Shown piece by piece: positions 36,125 through 45,823 of a stretch of DNA of 64,000 nucleotides. The stretch is taken from NCBI GenBank assembly GCA_020773975.1, contig GCA_020773975.1_3638.1; one strand, 5' to 3'. A program made the translations under genes and the position numbers. Below the pieces are notes generated by a model. That model searched no databases. It saw only the letters and a program-made list of their open reading frames with translations, and had not been told where the DNA came from. The first letter of the stretch is position 1. The number at the start of each line of letters is the position of its first letter. This DNA comes from a phage.

Positions 36125-36940
36125 GTGACAGAGATATTCTGTATGAACTGGAATGAAGAGTTTACAACCAAAGAGATAAGGTATCTCAAAACACGACTCT
36201 TTTTCAAAAAGAGGAATACCAAAGCGAGAGGTATAGAGTTTAATCTGACAGAAGATGACTGGTTTATGATGGGCAACGGATTACTTGGGAAAGGTGTTTG
36301 TGATTACACAGGCCTACCTTTTTCTGCAACACCTAATGACCCCCTCTACCCGTCTGTTGAACGAATAGATGACAAAAAAGGGTATGTTCGTGGAAACGTT
36401 TGTGTAGTCGGTAAGAGAGCAAACCAGTTAAAAGATTTTCTTGTAGACAAAAAGAAAGCTCTAACGATTGTAGATCCACTCGACATGGATATCGTCCAAG
36501 GAATGATGTTAAATATGTCAAAGGATCACTTGGAAAAGTTAAAACTTAAATACATACCTACGGAAACAGATATGAAAGAGACAGAGAACGTAATTATTGA
36601 TGAGCAGGTTGAAGAGATGAAAGAAAAATCTCTTCCTGACGATGTTGAAATTGCACTTGCATACGCAAACTACTGTAAAACATTTGCGGAAGCAGGTATG
36701 AATGTTAGCGTTACTTATGCACAATTTAAAGCTAAATATTCAAGAAACACCTGTTCTCTAACAGGGGAGAAGTTAACAAAAACACCAAAACCTATTCTCA
36801 TTATGGATTTAGATCTTGGGTTCGCAAAAGACAACTTTATTATTGTTTCTGAAAAGATGGAAACAGCATTAACACAACTCATGATCAATACGAAAATGAG
36901 TTTACCAAAAATTACAGCTATGCTGAACAAGGTGGTTTAA
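36125..36940 (+). CDS. HNH-family (HNH_3-like) endonuclease-like protein, two tandem domains
   Basis: CDYTGLPF...PSVERIDDKKGYVRGNVCVVGKRANQLK and a second degenerate copy. Confidence 0.45.
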   Translation: MTEIFCMNWNEEFTTKEIRYLKTRLFFKKRNTKARGIEFNLTEDDWFMMGNGLLGKGVCDYTGLPFSATPNDPLYPSVERIDDKKGYVRGNVCVVGKRANQLKDFLVDKKKALTIVDPLDMDIVQGMMLNMSKDHLEKLKLKYIPTETDMKETENVIIDEQVEEMKEKSLPDDVEIALAYANYCKTFAEAGMNVSVTYAQFKAKYSRNTCSLTGEKLTKTPKPILIMDLDLGFAKDNFIIVSEKMETALTQLMINTKMSLPKITAMLNKVV

Positions 36941-37128
36941 TGAAAGATTCTCTACCAAAACCGTGTCCGTTTTGTAAAAATGATGCACTTCTGCTTAAAC
37001 AATCACGCTCTGGTCAAACAATATTTCACTACATTTACTGCCAGAAATGTGGAACATCTGGGCCACAGGCTCTGAGTGAGCCTACTGCTGTAAGTTGGTG
37101 GAATGTCGGTAATAAAGAGGTAAAATAA
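36940..37128 (+). CDS. Lar-family (restriction alleviation-like) zinc-ribbon protein
   Basis: CPFC...CQKCG in 62 aa. Confidence 0.45.
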   Translation: MKDSLPKPCPFCKNDALLLKQSRSGQTIFHYIYCQKCGTSGPQALSEPTAVSWWNVGNKEVK

Positions 37129-37129
37129 T

Positions 37130-37393
37130 ATGTTTGAAGAGATTCTTGGAAGGCCAGCTACCGATCAAGAAGCCCAGATGATTGAATCTGGAAAGAAACC
37201 AAATTTTAAAGTTGGTGATAGGGTTCGTTATAAAAATGCCAGAAACGTTATAACTTCTGTAGAGGCTATAGTATTATTTATGTTCCCACACCAACCAACT
37301 GGAGGACAAGTTCCGGTATGGGGAGCCAGATTAACTGGCGGTAATAATTTTATGCCGCTTGATACCATAGAATTATTTACAAGTAAAAAATAA
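37130..37393 (+). CDS. hypothetical protein
   Basis: ORF. Confidence 0.4.
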   Translation: MFEEILGRPATDQEAQMIESGKKPNFKVGDRVRYKNARNVITSVEAIVLFMFPHQPTGGQVPVWGARLTGGNNFMPLDTIELFTSKK

Positions 37394-37444
37394 CAAGTAT
37401 AATAGGCTGTCGAAAGATAGCCTATTTTTGTATGGAGCATAATT

Positions 37445-38881
37445 ATGCAAAAAGACGAACATGAAATGATTGCCAAGTTAGAGAAGGATGCTGTAAAAGT
37501 TATCCAATCGGCACGAATAGCTCTTTTAAAGTACAGACCATTTTACGGGACTTTGTTAAGTTCTCTACCCTTAGTTGCTAACTGGAAATGGTTGCCAACA
37601 GCAGCGACTGATCACAAAAACCTCTACTTCAACCCTGAGTTTATTATGGGTATGCCTGAAGAAAGGAAGAAGAAGGTTTTTGAGCGTGTGGATAATCACC
37701 CCACAATGACACAACAAGAAAAAGATGACTATAAAGACTATGTGAACGTATTTTATCGTAAGAAAACACCCAAAGAGGTTGTTGTTATTCTTATGCACGA
37801 GCTACGTCATATTACTAACGATCATTTATCCCGTGGAAAAGCATTTGATTCTAAAACCTACAACACAGCAGCAGATCATTATATTAACACGGATTTAGTG
37901 GTGTCTGATCTTGGGCCACGCTCCAGCCAGATGTGTTTCTTCCCAATGGGGAAACAGACAACCTTTGACAAAGGTAAAGAGTTTGGGTTTATGGCTTATT
38001 GCTACTGTGATTTTAATTTCCACGGTAAGACAGCGGAGGAGATTTACAGTCTCATAAACAAAGGCCAACCGTCTGTTGGTAAACCTATGGGCACACACAT
38101 AGGTGATTATGATCAAGACAGCAATATCCTAGGATATGAAGATCCTCACCCAGTGCCAAGCCAAGCAGAAAAAGATGATAATATGTCGTGGTCATCTGGT
38201 CTTATCGAGGCCGCGATGGAAGCAGCGGGAGGAGAGGGGCCGAAAGAGGTGCGTGACGTTATTGCAAGAATGCGTAAACCACACATAAATTATCTTCAGA
38301 TAATCAAACAGCGTATGCTTTCTCGGATCAAGTCTAACCTGACATACAGGAAACCATCTCGTAGGTCTGGATCTATGACACAGGCACTTCGGCAGTATGG
38401 AGCTATTGGAAAAAAACAGCATATTGTTTTACCAGGAAGGGAGTACGATAATACTATAGATATAGTTATTGGCTTCGATGTGTCTGGATCAATTTCGAAG
38501 GCGAATTTAGACAAAATCTTCGGAGAAATTGTAGGATTATGCCAGCTTTACCGCGTTTTTCGCGTGACATTGTTCTGTTGGTCAACAAAAGTCGGAGAGG
38601 TTAAAGTTTATACACATGATAATATCAAGGAAATGCTTGATTATAAAGTAAATTCTACGGGTGGGACACTTGCAGCATCGGCTTTTGAGTATATTGAAAA
38701 TAACATTTTTGATGCAAAAGACGTTATTATTTTTACAGACGGATATATAGAGGATTTAAGACACAAGAAAAAAGATTGGGGACGCAAATGGGATATTCTT
38801 TGGGTTATTTGTGGTCGCGGAAATAATAAATTTGTACCACCTTTCGGAAGGGCTGTAAATTTAGATGAACACGCAAAATAA
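37445..38881 (+). CDS. putative metallopeptidase (HExxH) fused to vWA domain
   Basis: LMHELRHI zincin-like motif; C-terminal MIDAS-like DVSGSIS. Confidence 0.55.
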   Translation: MQKDEHEMIAKLEKDAVKVIQSARIALLKYRPFYGTLLSSLPLVANWKWLPTAATDHKNLYFNPEFIMGMPEERKKKVFERVDNHPTMTQQEKDDYKDYVNVFYRKKTPKEVVVILMHELRHITNDHLSRGKAFDSKTYNTAADHYINTDLVVSDLGPRSSQMCFFPMGKQTTFDKGKEFGFMAYCYCDFNFHGKTAEEIYSLINKGQPSVGKPMGTHIGDYDQDSNILGYEDPHPVPSQAEKDDNMSWSSGLIEAAMEAAGGEGPKEVRDVIARMRKPHINYLQIIKQRMLSRIKSNLTYRKPSRRSGSMTQALRQYGAIGKKQHIVLPGREYDNTIDIVIGFDVSGSISKANLDKIFGEIVGLCQLYRVFRVTLFCWSTKVGEVKVYTHDNIKEMLDYKVNSTGGTLAASAFEYIENNIFDAKDVIIFTDGYIEDLRHKKKDWGRKWDILWVICGRGNNKFVPPFGRAVNLDEHAK

Positions 38882-39299
38882 ATTAAAAGTTTTCGACATG
38901 TTAGTGGATATTCACTTCCTGTCTCTAGGGTGTGCCATAGATATATCATGGAAGAGTTGGAACGGTGGTAAATTTATTTTTGGGTCGCTTAGACAAGATA
39001 CCACAAAATATTTTGTAAGTTGCACAAGGAAATCTCTTGAAATACAGAAATTTTTTGGGTCTGGTTGGAAAACATTAATTGATCCCAGCATGACACTTGA
39101 CCCACAAAATATATCAGAGAGTGAAAAACTCTTGGTAAATATTCTCCCAGGACTCACAGATTTTGAGAGGGAACTCTACGAAGTGGCTGGGAATGTGGCT
39201 AAAATGTGGGCAGATGACCACACACAAGAAACGGATGCAAGGGAGTACGTGAGGAAGTTTCTCCATAGTCATCTCGATTGGGATACACCAGAAGAGTAA
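38865..39299 (+). CDS. hypothetical protein
   Basis: ORF. Confidence 0.4.
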   Translation: MNTQNKLKVFDMLVDIHFLSLGCAIDISWKSWNGGKFIFGSLRQDTTKYFVSCTRKSLEIQKFFGSGWKTLIDPSMTLDPQNISESEKLLVNILPGLTDFERELYEVAGNVAKMWADDHTQETDAREYVRKFLHSHLDWDTPEE

Positions 39300-39354
39300 A
39301 ATTTAACCACACAGGGAGGCTAACGCACGTAGTCTCCCATATGTCCCCATTTCA

Positions 39355-39378
39355 GGGACATGGGTATGTCCCTGTTTT
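39355..39378 (+). terminator. rho-independent terminator within a cluster of overlapping GGGACAT/ATGTCCC hairpins (39341-39385)
   Basis: GGGACAT-gggt-ATGTCCC followed by TGTTTTG. Confidence 0.55.
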
Positions 39379-39430
39379 GGGGACACAATACTAACTGATC
39401 AAATTAAACTAACTTATAAGATCTATTAAA

Positions 39431-39564
39431 TATAATACTACGTATTATAATACTATGATCTATTTAATATAATATATTATACTACGTATAATATAATTTA
39501 ATATGATCTAATATAATATAATATAAATTATATAATATAATTTAATATAATACTACGTATTATA
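39431..39564. repeat. very AT-rich segment with three copies of inverted repeat TATAATAC-TAC-GTATTATA
   Basis: Copies at 39431-39449, 39476-39492, 39546-39564. Confidence 0.7.
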
Positions 39565-40040
39565 TATTATAATATATATATTATATAAAATTTATTTAAA
39601 ATACACTAAGTCTTGAAGAATGTCAAGACTTGATTTTAAATATTTTTGTTGATATGATTCGATTGAGTCGAATCGTATGGTTCGATGATTTCGAATCATA
39701 GAGTTCATAGTGTTTTGCCTGAAAGTGTGAGTCGATGAGACTCTTCAGGCAATACGTGAGTGTGTAAGATGCTCACTGCGCTGATAGCTTGTGACCATCT
39801 AACCCTCATGAGCCATTCTGAGATAAACCCACATCAACAAACCCTACAGGTTTGTCTCTGTGTGTTGATCTCAATCATGGATTCGGGTTGTCACAGGTCA
39901 CTATGTGACTCTGTGTGTGGGGGATTTTGAATGTGTACCGGAGCATGGCGCACAGGACTGGTTCATCTGTCTGTCTCAACTGGGGCGCGGCGGGTGTCAA
40001 GGTTTAGTTTTACGTTTGTTTGGGTGTGGAGGAGAGTTTT

Positions 40041-40358
40041 ATGGCCTACGATGAAAATTCTATCCGTGTGCTGTCACCTGAGGATATCAAACAACGATTT
40101 GACTGGGTACGCATCGGGGATTTGGTTCACGAATATAACTTACCTGTGGATTGGGTCAGACGTGGTTTTGAAGCGTGCTGGAGGTTAGACATCGATCCTG
40201 ATTATTTTATCAACAAGTACATCCTCAAGCAGGATGTTGATCCTGTACCTGATTTTGAGGCTGTTTTTAAGGAGATTGTTATGGAGTCTCGATTCAAGGA
40301 TCAGGTATGCACTCGGCAGTCTCAAAAACGCACCTACGAATCAGATTTGCAAATGTAG
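40041..40358 (+). CDS. early-region hypothetical protein
   Basis: RBS GGAGGAGAG before ATG 40041. Confidence 0.45.
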   Translation: MAYDENSIRVLSPEDIKQRFDWVRIGDLVHEYNLPVDWVRRGFEACWRLDIDPDYFINKYILKQDVDPVPDFEAVFKEIVMESRFKDQVCTRQSQKRTYESDLQM

Positions 40359-40437
40359 CCTACGGATAGGTAAAAACATCAACGAAAATCGATTCTCCGC
40401 TGGATCTACAGAGTAAATTTTCAATTTTCGGAGAAAA

Positions 40438-40812
40438 ATGATGAAACGTACCATGACAGATAAAGAGCGCGAAATTGCCCTCCAGTTAGCAAGAGAAAAA
40501 AGAGAGCAACAAAAGCGAGAATGGACTGCGCTGGCAGAAGCGGGAAAAATACGCCAACATTTCGCTGACGCTAATCACTGGACAAGGCTTCGTAGCAAGT
40601 ATAGGATTTCGTCTCCGTACAAATTAGCTCCCGCAGAAAGTGAGCATGGAATGAAAATTCTTAGACGAACGATCAGACTGACCGGAGGATTCGAGTGGTT
40701 CAATGAGTCTTTCGGTATGGACATCAAGCAGTTTGTCAGAATGAACCATACGTGGCCTGCATACGCCATTCAGGGGATCATCCTTGAAGAGTGGGATGAT
40801 TATCAGAATTGA
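40438..40812 (+). CDS. early-region hypothetical protein
   Basis: RBS GGAGAAAA before ATG. Confidence 0.45.
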   Translation: MMKRTMTDKEREIALQLAREKREQQKREWTALAEAGKIRQHFADANHWTRLRSKYRISSPYKLAPAESEHGMKILRRTIRLTGGFEWFNESFGMDIKQFVRMNHTWPAYAIQGIILEEWDDYQN

Positions 40813-40905
40813 TTTTTGTTGTATTTCTGGTAGCCAACTGGTATGTTTATTACAGGGAGTGATAAACACCCCTGTGTTACTTGTTTTATACAGGAGAGTT
40901 GATAT

Positions 40906-41520
40906 ATGTCTTGGCCTTTTTTGATTTATCTTATTGATGTTCTTAGTACGGATGGGAAGTATGATGGCTGGGGATTCTTGTTGTTTCTGTGTGTTATTGT
41001 ATACATGCTGATGCGTATTCTTCCAAAGATCCTCGAAAAACCTAAGCTGGATATCTATCCAGGACAAAACCTTGTTTTAGCACAAGACTGGTCACGATTT
41101 AAAGCCGGAGATGTTCTTGTTGTGAAGGATACTGCGGGTGGTGATGTTCTTCTTCGCCACGGGGAGGAATCACTTGGTTATTGGGTGGGTAAGAGCATTT
41201 TACGAAAAGTGTGCAAACTTGATGAAAAACAAGAATATATCCCACAGCAAGATGCGATGGAAACACCGCGAAAGTTAACTGTTATTGCTATGGTTGTCTG
41301 TGTAATAGGTATTCTATATGCCAACTTCATGCCGCAGAAAGAGACTTCTTACAAGATGCTTGCTGCGTATGTAGGTCAAAACATTGTAGAATCTCCAAGG
41401 ACTCAACAACTTGCAGACAGCACAATCAAGTATCTGGATGCCCAAATCAAGAAGTACACCCAAGAATTGGGTGACGAGGGGAGTAAGGAGTCTAAGCCTG
41501 GTGAGAAGGTGAAAGAATGA
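40906..41520 (+). CDS. membrane protein
   Basis: RBS; two hydrophobic segments. Confidence 0.45.
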   Translation: MSWPFLIYLIDVLSTDGKYDGWGFLLFLCVIVYMLMRILPKILEKPKLDIYPGQNLVLAQDWSRFKAGDVLVVKDTAGGDVLLRHGEESLGYWVGKSILRKVCKLDEKQEYIPQQDAMETPRKLTVIAMVVCVIGILYANFMPQKETSYKMLAAYVGQNIVESPRTQQLADSTIKYLDAQIKKYTQELGDEGSKESKPGEKVKE

Positions 41521-41882
41521 TGGGAAAGCCATTTGAAATAAAACGAATAGCGTTGGACTTTGATGATACTTTCACGCTAGATACTGAGAGATGGTCACAA
41601 TTTGTTGCTATATTCGCAGCAAAAGATTCAGGTTGGTGTGTTAAATTTGTTACTTATCGATTCGACTCAGATGATAACTCTGATATCCAGTTTTGGGCTG
41701 AAAAACTAGGTATCGAAATAATTTATTGCAATGGTATCCAGAAAGCACAAGTTTGTGCAGAACTTGGTTGGATCCCAGATGTGTGGATAGACGATTTTCC
41801 TGTTCTCATTCCTGTGAAACAACAACTACAGGGTATGCTTTTAGGAATAGAAAATAACGAAGAAAAACACAATGTTAAGTAG
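41517..41882 (+). CDS. small HAD-like hydrolase, possibly 5'(3')-deoxyribonucleotidase-like
   Basis: IALDFDDTF (DxDxT motif I) and WIDDFP. Confidence 0.35.
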   Translation: MMGKPFEIKRIALDFDDTFTLDTERWSQFVAIFAAKDSGWCVKFVTYRFDSDDNSDIQFWAEKLGIEIIYCNGIQKAQVCAELGWIPDVWIDDFPVLIPVKQQLQGMLLGIENNEEKHNVK

Positions 41883-42119
41883 TTTAAGGGGGAGTGTTGA
41901 GAAGCGTTGCGTATTACAAATTCAAATGTTGGGAGAAACTCTATGATTTGAGCTACCTTATTTTTGGGAATCTCCCTGTCACTGAAGACATTAAACACAA
42001 AATGTATCTTGCATACATGAAATACCGTCTCCACGAAAGAAAGAGTGGTTGATGAGAATGTTATGATGCCCTGTAGATACTCTCTACAGGGCTTGAATGC
42101 TTAATCACAGGACTTACCA

Positions 42120-42944
42120 ATGACAAGTATTTTACACACGACAGGTATTTTACCACACTATCAGAAGGACTATTCTTTCCCTGATTTCTCTGGGGATATG
42201 TTGCAAATATACGACAAAGTGCAAGGCGAAGTGTCGGAGCTACAGTTTAGTTCAGACCCTGATGATGAGCAAGAGTTTGATAAACAGATTTGTCGTGTAG
42301 AAAACGAGCTTATAGAGCTACAATCATTAGCCAAATCAACAGATATCGAAGACTTAAGGCGATACGTCGAGAATCTTGAAAATTTAGTGTTCGGGCTTTC
42401 GCAAGCTATTATAAACATTGGTGAAATTGCTAAAATTGCCTCTGACAAGTTGCCAGACAACGCAGAAGATATTGAAGAAGCGTTGCAGAATATCTGCTAT
42501 GAAGGAAGTTCTGCTCTCGGTTGTGAATGTAATCTAGGAAATGCTCTTGAAGAACGTGGGTGGAGCCTAGCCCAAAAAACTTTTGTTTATCTTGTTATTG
42601 GTGGTGAGTTCCCACGACTTTTACAACTTAATGCCCTTTTTGGAAACAGTCAGAGCGATAATATTGCATTAGGTATTGATGGTTGGTTCTGCTTAAGAGG
42701 TAAAGAATTAACATTTTGTCGTGGCGATGATGTGTTAATTCTCAATGCTTCTAAACCTGGTGTTGGAATAACAGTAAGACTTAATGGTAAGTCCACTAAT
42801 TTCCACACCACAGAATTGACAGATATTTTTATGGACATATTCGATCCTACAGAAGACGAAATTCTTATGTATGAAATGACCAGTGGAAAAAGGTATGATA
42901 TTTTGTTGTGGAGAAATATTTTCGGTAAGAAGAAAAGTTTATAG
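42120..42944 (+). CDS. hypothetical protein
   Basis: 274-aa ORF. Confidence 0.45.
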   Translation: MTSILHTTGILPHYQKDYSFPDFSGDMLQIYDKVQGEVSELQFSSDPDDEQEFDKQICRVENELIELQSLAKSTDIEDLRRYVENLENLVFGLSQAIINIGEIAKIASDKLPDNAEDIEEALQNICYEGSSALGCECNLGNALEERGWSLAQKTFVYLVIGGEFPRLLQLNALFGNSQSDNIALGIDGWFCLRGKELTFCRGDDVLILNASKPGVGITVRLNGKSTNFHTTELTDIFMDIFDPTEDEILMYEMTSGKRYDILLWRNIFGKKKSL

Positions 42945-43204
42945 TATGATATTTTATCGCTGATATTTGTTTTCCCTGTGATATTTTTGTCACAGGGAAA
43001 GTTTCAACAACAGATATTTTCTTGATACTTTAAAACTCTACCAGAATTTAAAATTCTGTAAATTTAGAAAACTATTACTTATAAGCGTTTCGACACAATT
43101 TTGTTATGAAAGCCTTGTTTTTATATAAAAACCTGTTTTAGCATGAGTGGTAGGATCACACTCCATACTACCTTTATTCCTACAGATGAGCACCTCCATG
43201 TCCG

Positions 43205-43420
43205 AAAACTCGGTTCTCGATCGAAAATTCATTTTCCAGATCGTATTTGCTCCTTACGGAGAAAATTTTTTAGGGCTACAAATTTCAGTTCTCGATCAGT
43301 TTTTCGATTTCAAAATCGTATTTGTTTTTTCTTGCGAAAAATTTCGCACGCTCAGTTCTCGATCGAGTTTTCAAAATCGAAATCGTATTTGCTCTATAGC
43401 GCGAAAAAATTTTTATGGGT
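43205..43420. repeat. three tandem direct repeats of 67-75 bp
   Basis: Cores GTTCTCGATC(GA) at 43213, 43288, 43355 and ATCGTATTTG at 43240, 43315, 43382. Confidence 0.7.
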
Positions 43421-43796
43421 ATCATAATTCTATCACACACTTAAACGCAAAGCAACATAAAAATTTTTGTTGAATGATAATCATTCTTATTTGCATAATG
43501 ACAGGCAGGAGCGGTGTCTTATCCTCCCCCGTTGACCATCGTCGCCGTAGTTTGAAGTTTATAGCCGTTCTCGGCTTATATCTTTGTTAGATATAGATTA
43601 GCATAATTGATAAAGAAAGCAAGTTTTAGGCATAATCTTTACGTTTCTTTACAAATTTATTTTTGACGAGTTACCGGCGATCGACCTTCCAACCAGCGCC
43701 CTGATATGTTAGCCCCGCCTTTACGCCGTGGGGATGGCGTTTCCTCTTCTGTATGTGAAACATTATAAGCCCGACCCCCGGGCTTGTCAAACATTT

Positions 43797-44063
43797 TTAT
43801 TGTTTATTTTCTTGCCAGGTTAGGACACCTAGCCAGAAATGGCAATCACCTTTCGCCCATTGTGGTATATTGCTTTCTTTCCCACCTTCCCGCGCCCAGG
43901 AATAACCGCCCGTGTAACTTTGCAATTGATAACTATCCTCGACCTTATAATCTGACAGGCTGAGAACTGTTTCTACCTTTAAGCCCGTTGCGCTCGCTAC
44001 CTGGTGGATAGTTCCCCCTTGCCAGCCTAACGCGTGCATAAGGTGCAATGTGGTAGTGGTCAT
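43797..44063 (-). CDS. hypothetical protein, antisense to the early block
   Basis: RBS AGAGGAA upstream; GC-richer than surroundings by eye; hairpin AAGCCCGACCCCCGGGCTT just downstream. Confidence 0.4.
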   Translation of the reverse strand: MTTTTLHLMHALGWQGGTIHQVASATGLKVETVLSLSDYKVEDSYQLQSYTGGYSWAREGGKESNIPQWAKGDCHFWLGVLTWQENKQ

Positions 44064-44142
44064 TTTTTCTATTCCTCTGTTAGTTGGCTAGTTGTTAAAA
44101 TTATATCTATAACCAGCCAGGTTAGCAAGGCAAATAAAAGAG

Positions 44143-44193
44143 AAAAATTTTTTAAAAATAGTATTGACAGCGGGGGTAGTATAGATCTACTAT
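44143..44193 (+). promoter_or_regulatory. sigma70-like promoter with A/T UP element (cassette copy 1)
   Basis: AAAAATTTTTTAAAAATAGTATTGACA then 18 nt then TACTAT. Confidence 0.5.
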
Positions 44194-44248
44194 GTGCACA
44201 TCAAGGCGATACACCGCCACCAACCAACCTAAAAAGGGGTGAATTAAT

Positions 44249-44596
44249 ATGAAAACCATCGTTAACGCTGAGAATGTATCTTTTGATAAGTTGAGCGACG
44301 CACAAAAAGAAAAAGCCATTGATCTTATTCGTGAGCGTGAAAGAGAAAGTAATAATGATTTCTTTGCTGATAGTGTCATTGAAGACTATAAGAATGACAT
44401 TTTGCCAGAGTACGGGATCGATGACGCGGTTATCTATTGGTCAGGATTCTGGTCGCAAGGCGACGGCGCATCAATCAGCACTGACCGCGTGGATATTGAA
44501 AAATTTTTAAGAAAAGTTAAATCTTTAACAAAATTCAGAGGGATCCGCAAACTATTTGATATTGATGAAGATGGAAAAGTTTACGCTATCGCTTAA
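44249..44596 (+). CDS. early-region hypothetical protein
   Basis: Leader AAAAGGGGTGAATTAATATG shared with the gene at 50099. Confidence 0.5.
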   Translation: MKTIVNAENVSFDKLSDAQKEKAIDLIRERERESNNDFFADSVIEDYKNDILPEYGIDDAVIYWSGFWSQGDGASISTDRVDIEKFLRKVKSLTKFRGIRKLFDIDEDGKVYAIA

Positions 44597-44636
44597 AAGT
44601 GCTTGCATTCAGTTTTAAAATAGGAGGTAAATAAAA

Positions 44637-44993
44637 ATGGCAATCAAGGCAATCATGTTAGAACTTACAGACTTCCGTAATACTGTAAAAAATTTAACCA
44701 AAAAACAGGTTGATAATATTATCAACGGATACCGTAGCAAGATTAAAGATCTTCCGCTTAAACGCGATCAACATGCGGCTAATATGATGCTTGACGCTAT
44801 GATCAAAAAGATGATTCAGTGCGATCTTACTCTGGCTTATGAATACGCTGGCGATCTCTTTGTAACGTATAATAAGCCAGTGCCAGGCATGTGCACCACG
44901 GAAGAATTGCACGCCCTGAATCTAAAACAAGATGCATGGGATAATATGCGCCGCGTTATGGTGTGGGCAGAAAGCGGTAAAATTTATCAATAA
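44637..44993 (+). CDS. early-region hypothetical protein
   Basis: RBS AGGAGGTAAAT. Confidence 0.5.
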   Translation: MAIKAIMLELTDFRNTVKNLTKKQVDNIINGYRSKIKDLPLKRDQHAANMMLDAMIKKMIQCDLTLAYEYAGDLFVTYNKPVPGMCTTEELHALNLKQDAWDNMRRVMVWAESGKIYQ

Positions 44994-45000
44994 AGATAGT

Positions 45001-45038
45001 TGTCTTTTAGTTATGCCGTGGTAGAATACACGGCATAG
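45001..45038 (+). promoter_or_regulatory. promoter with -10 inside a palindrome
   Basis: TTGTCT - 16 nt - TAGAAT; ATGCCGTG (45014-45021) and CACGGCAT (45030-45037) flank the -10. Confidence 0.5.
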
Positions 45039-45069
45039 ATAAGAGAAACTACTTATCAGAGTTTAAAAG

Positions 45070-45288
45070 ATGAAAAATATTACGGGTAAAACCGAGCTAT
45101 TAAAGGCGCTTTCTGTCGGTGAGTCAGCTTTATGGGTATGTGAAAAAGATCGCCTACCGTCGCGTGAGATGGCCTTGTTTAAGGCTTTATCTTTGAAGCT
45201 GAAAATTAAATTATCCCAAAAATTAGCGGTTGTTGCCGCACCTGGGGAAACTGCTTTCAGTATCGTAATGGTTAAAAGGTTGGAGTAG
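45070..45288 (+). CDS. early-region hypothetical protein
   Basis: ORF; weak RBS. Confidence 0.35.
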   Translation: MKNITGKTELLKALSVGESALWVCEKDRLPSREMALFKALSLKLKIKLSQKLAVVAAPGETAFSIVMVKRLE

Positions 45289-45306
45289 AAAAAATTAAAA
45301 ATTATA

Positions 45307-45335
45307 TTGACAAGCAAAACAGCAAAAATTAAACT
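45307..45335 (+). promoter_or_regulatory. sigma70-like promoter
   Basis: TTGACA - 17 nt - TAAACT. Confidence 0.45.
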
Positions 45336-45373
45336 TACACACAGTTAAATAAACAATATTAACGAGGTAAATC

Positions 45374-45745
45374 ATGAAACAGTTAACCGCTTCCCAAAAA
45401 GCAATGATCCGTGAGTATGTTTTAAACTCTCTTTCTTTCGATATTGAATCGGGTAGCGAGCAAGAGCAGATCAAAGAATTAAAAAACCGATTTGAATCTG
45501 AATACTGGTACGATAGCAACAAGAAACGCTATCAAAATGATAAAGTACAAGGCCTCAAAAATTGGTTGCAAGGCTTGCCGAGTGGTGTTAATATCGATTT
45601 CACTTATTACGATATTGAGCAACGCCTTAAAGATCTTGGAATCATTACCGAGACGACCAGAGAAAGCACTATTGAAAAATATATATCTGAGTGGTGGGAT
45701 CTGGTAGCGCCGTTTTATGCTGGGCTAATCGTCAACTTAAAATAA
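45374..45745 (+). CDS. early-region hypothetical protein
   Basis: RBS GAGGTAAAT. Confidence 0.5.
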   Translation: MKQLTASQKAMIREYVLNSLSFDIESGSEQEQIKELKNRFESEYWYDSNKKRYQNDKVQGLKNWLQGLPSGVNIDFTYYDIEQRLKDLGIITETTRESTIEKYISEWWDLVAPFYAGLIVNLK

Positions 45746-45823
45746 TTATTGCAAACTATCTAAAACTGGTTTAAATTAAAGGGAGTGAGTTTAATCACTC
45801 CCAACATGAAAGAGGTTAATCAA

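Noticed and set aside
39640-39700. tRNA-like T-arm sequences (GGTTCGATGATTTCGAATC and neighbours)
   Set aside because: They are simple inverted repeats of TTCGAATC; no acceptor stem, D-arm or anticodon arm could be assembled. No other intergenic region gave a cloverleaf by eye, though tRNAscan-SE was not run.
43143-43473. ORFs 43143-43427 and 43147-43473 from the six-frame track, and the possibility that the repeats are a CRISPR array
   Set aside because: They lie entirely within the three tandem direct repeats and are repeat artefacts; the units are 67-75 bp and contiguous with no unique spacers, so not CRISPR.
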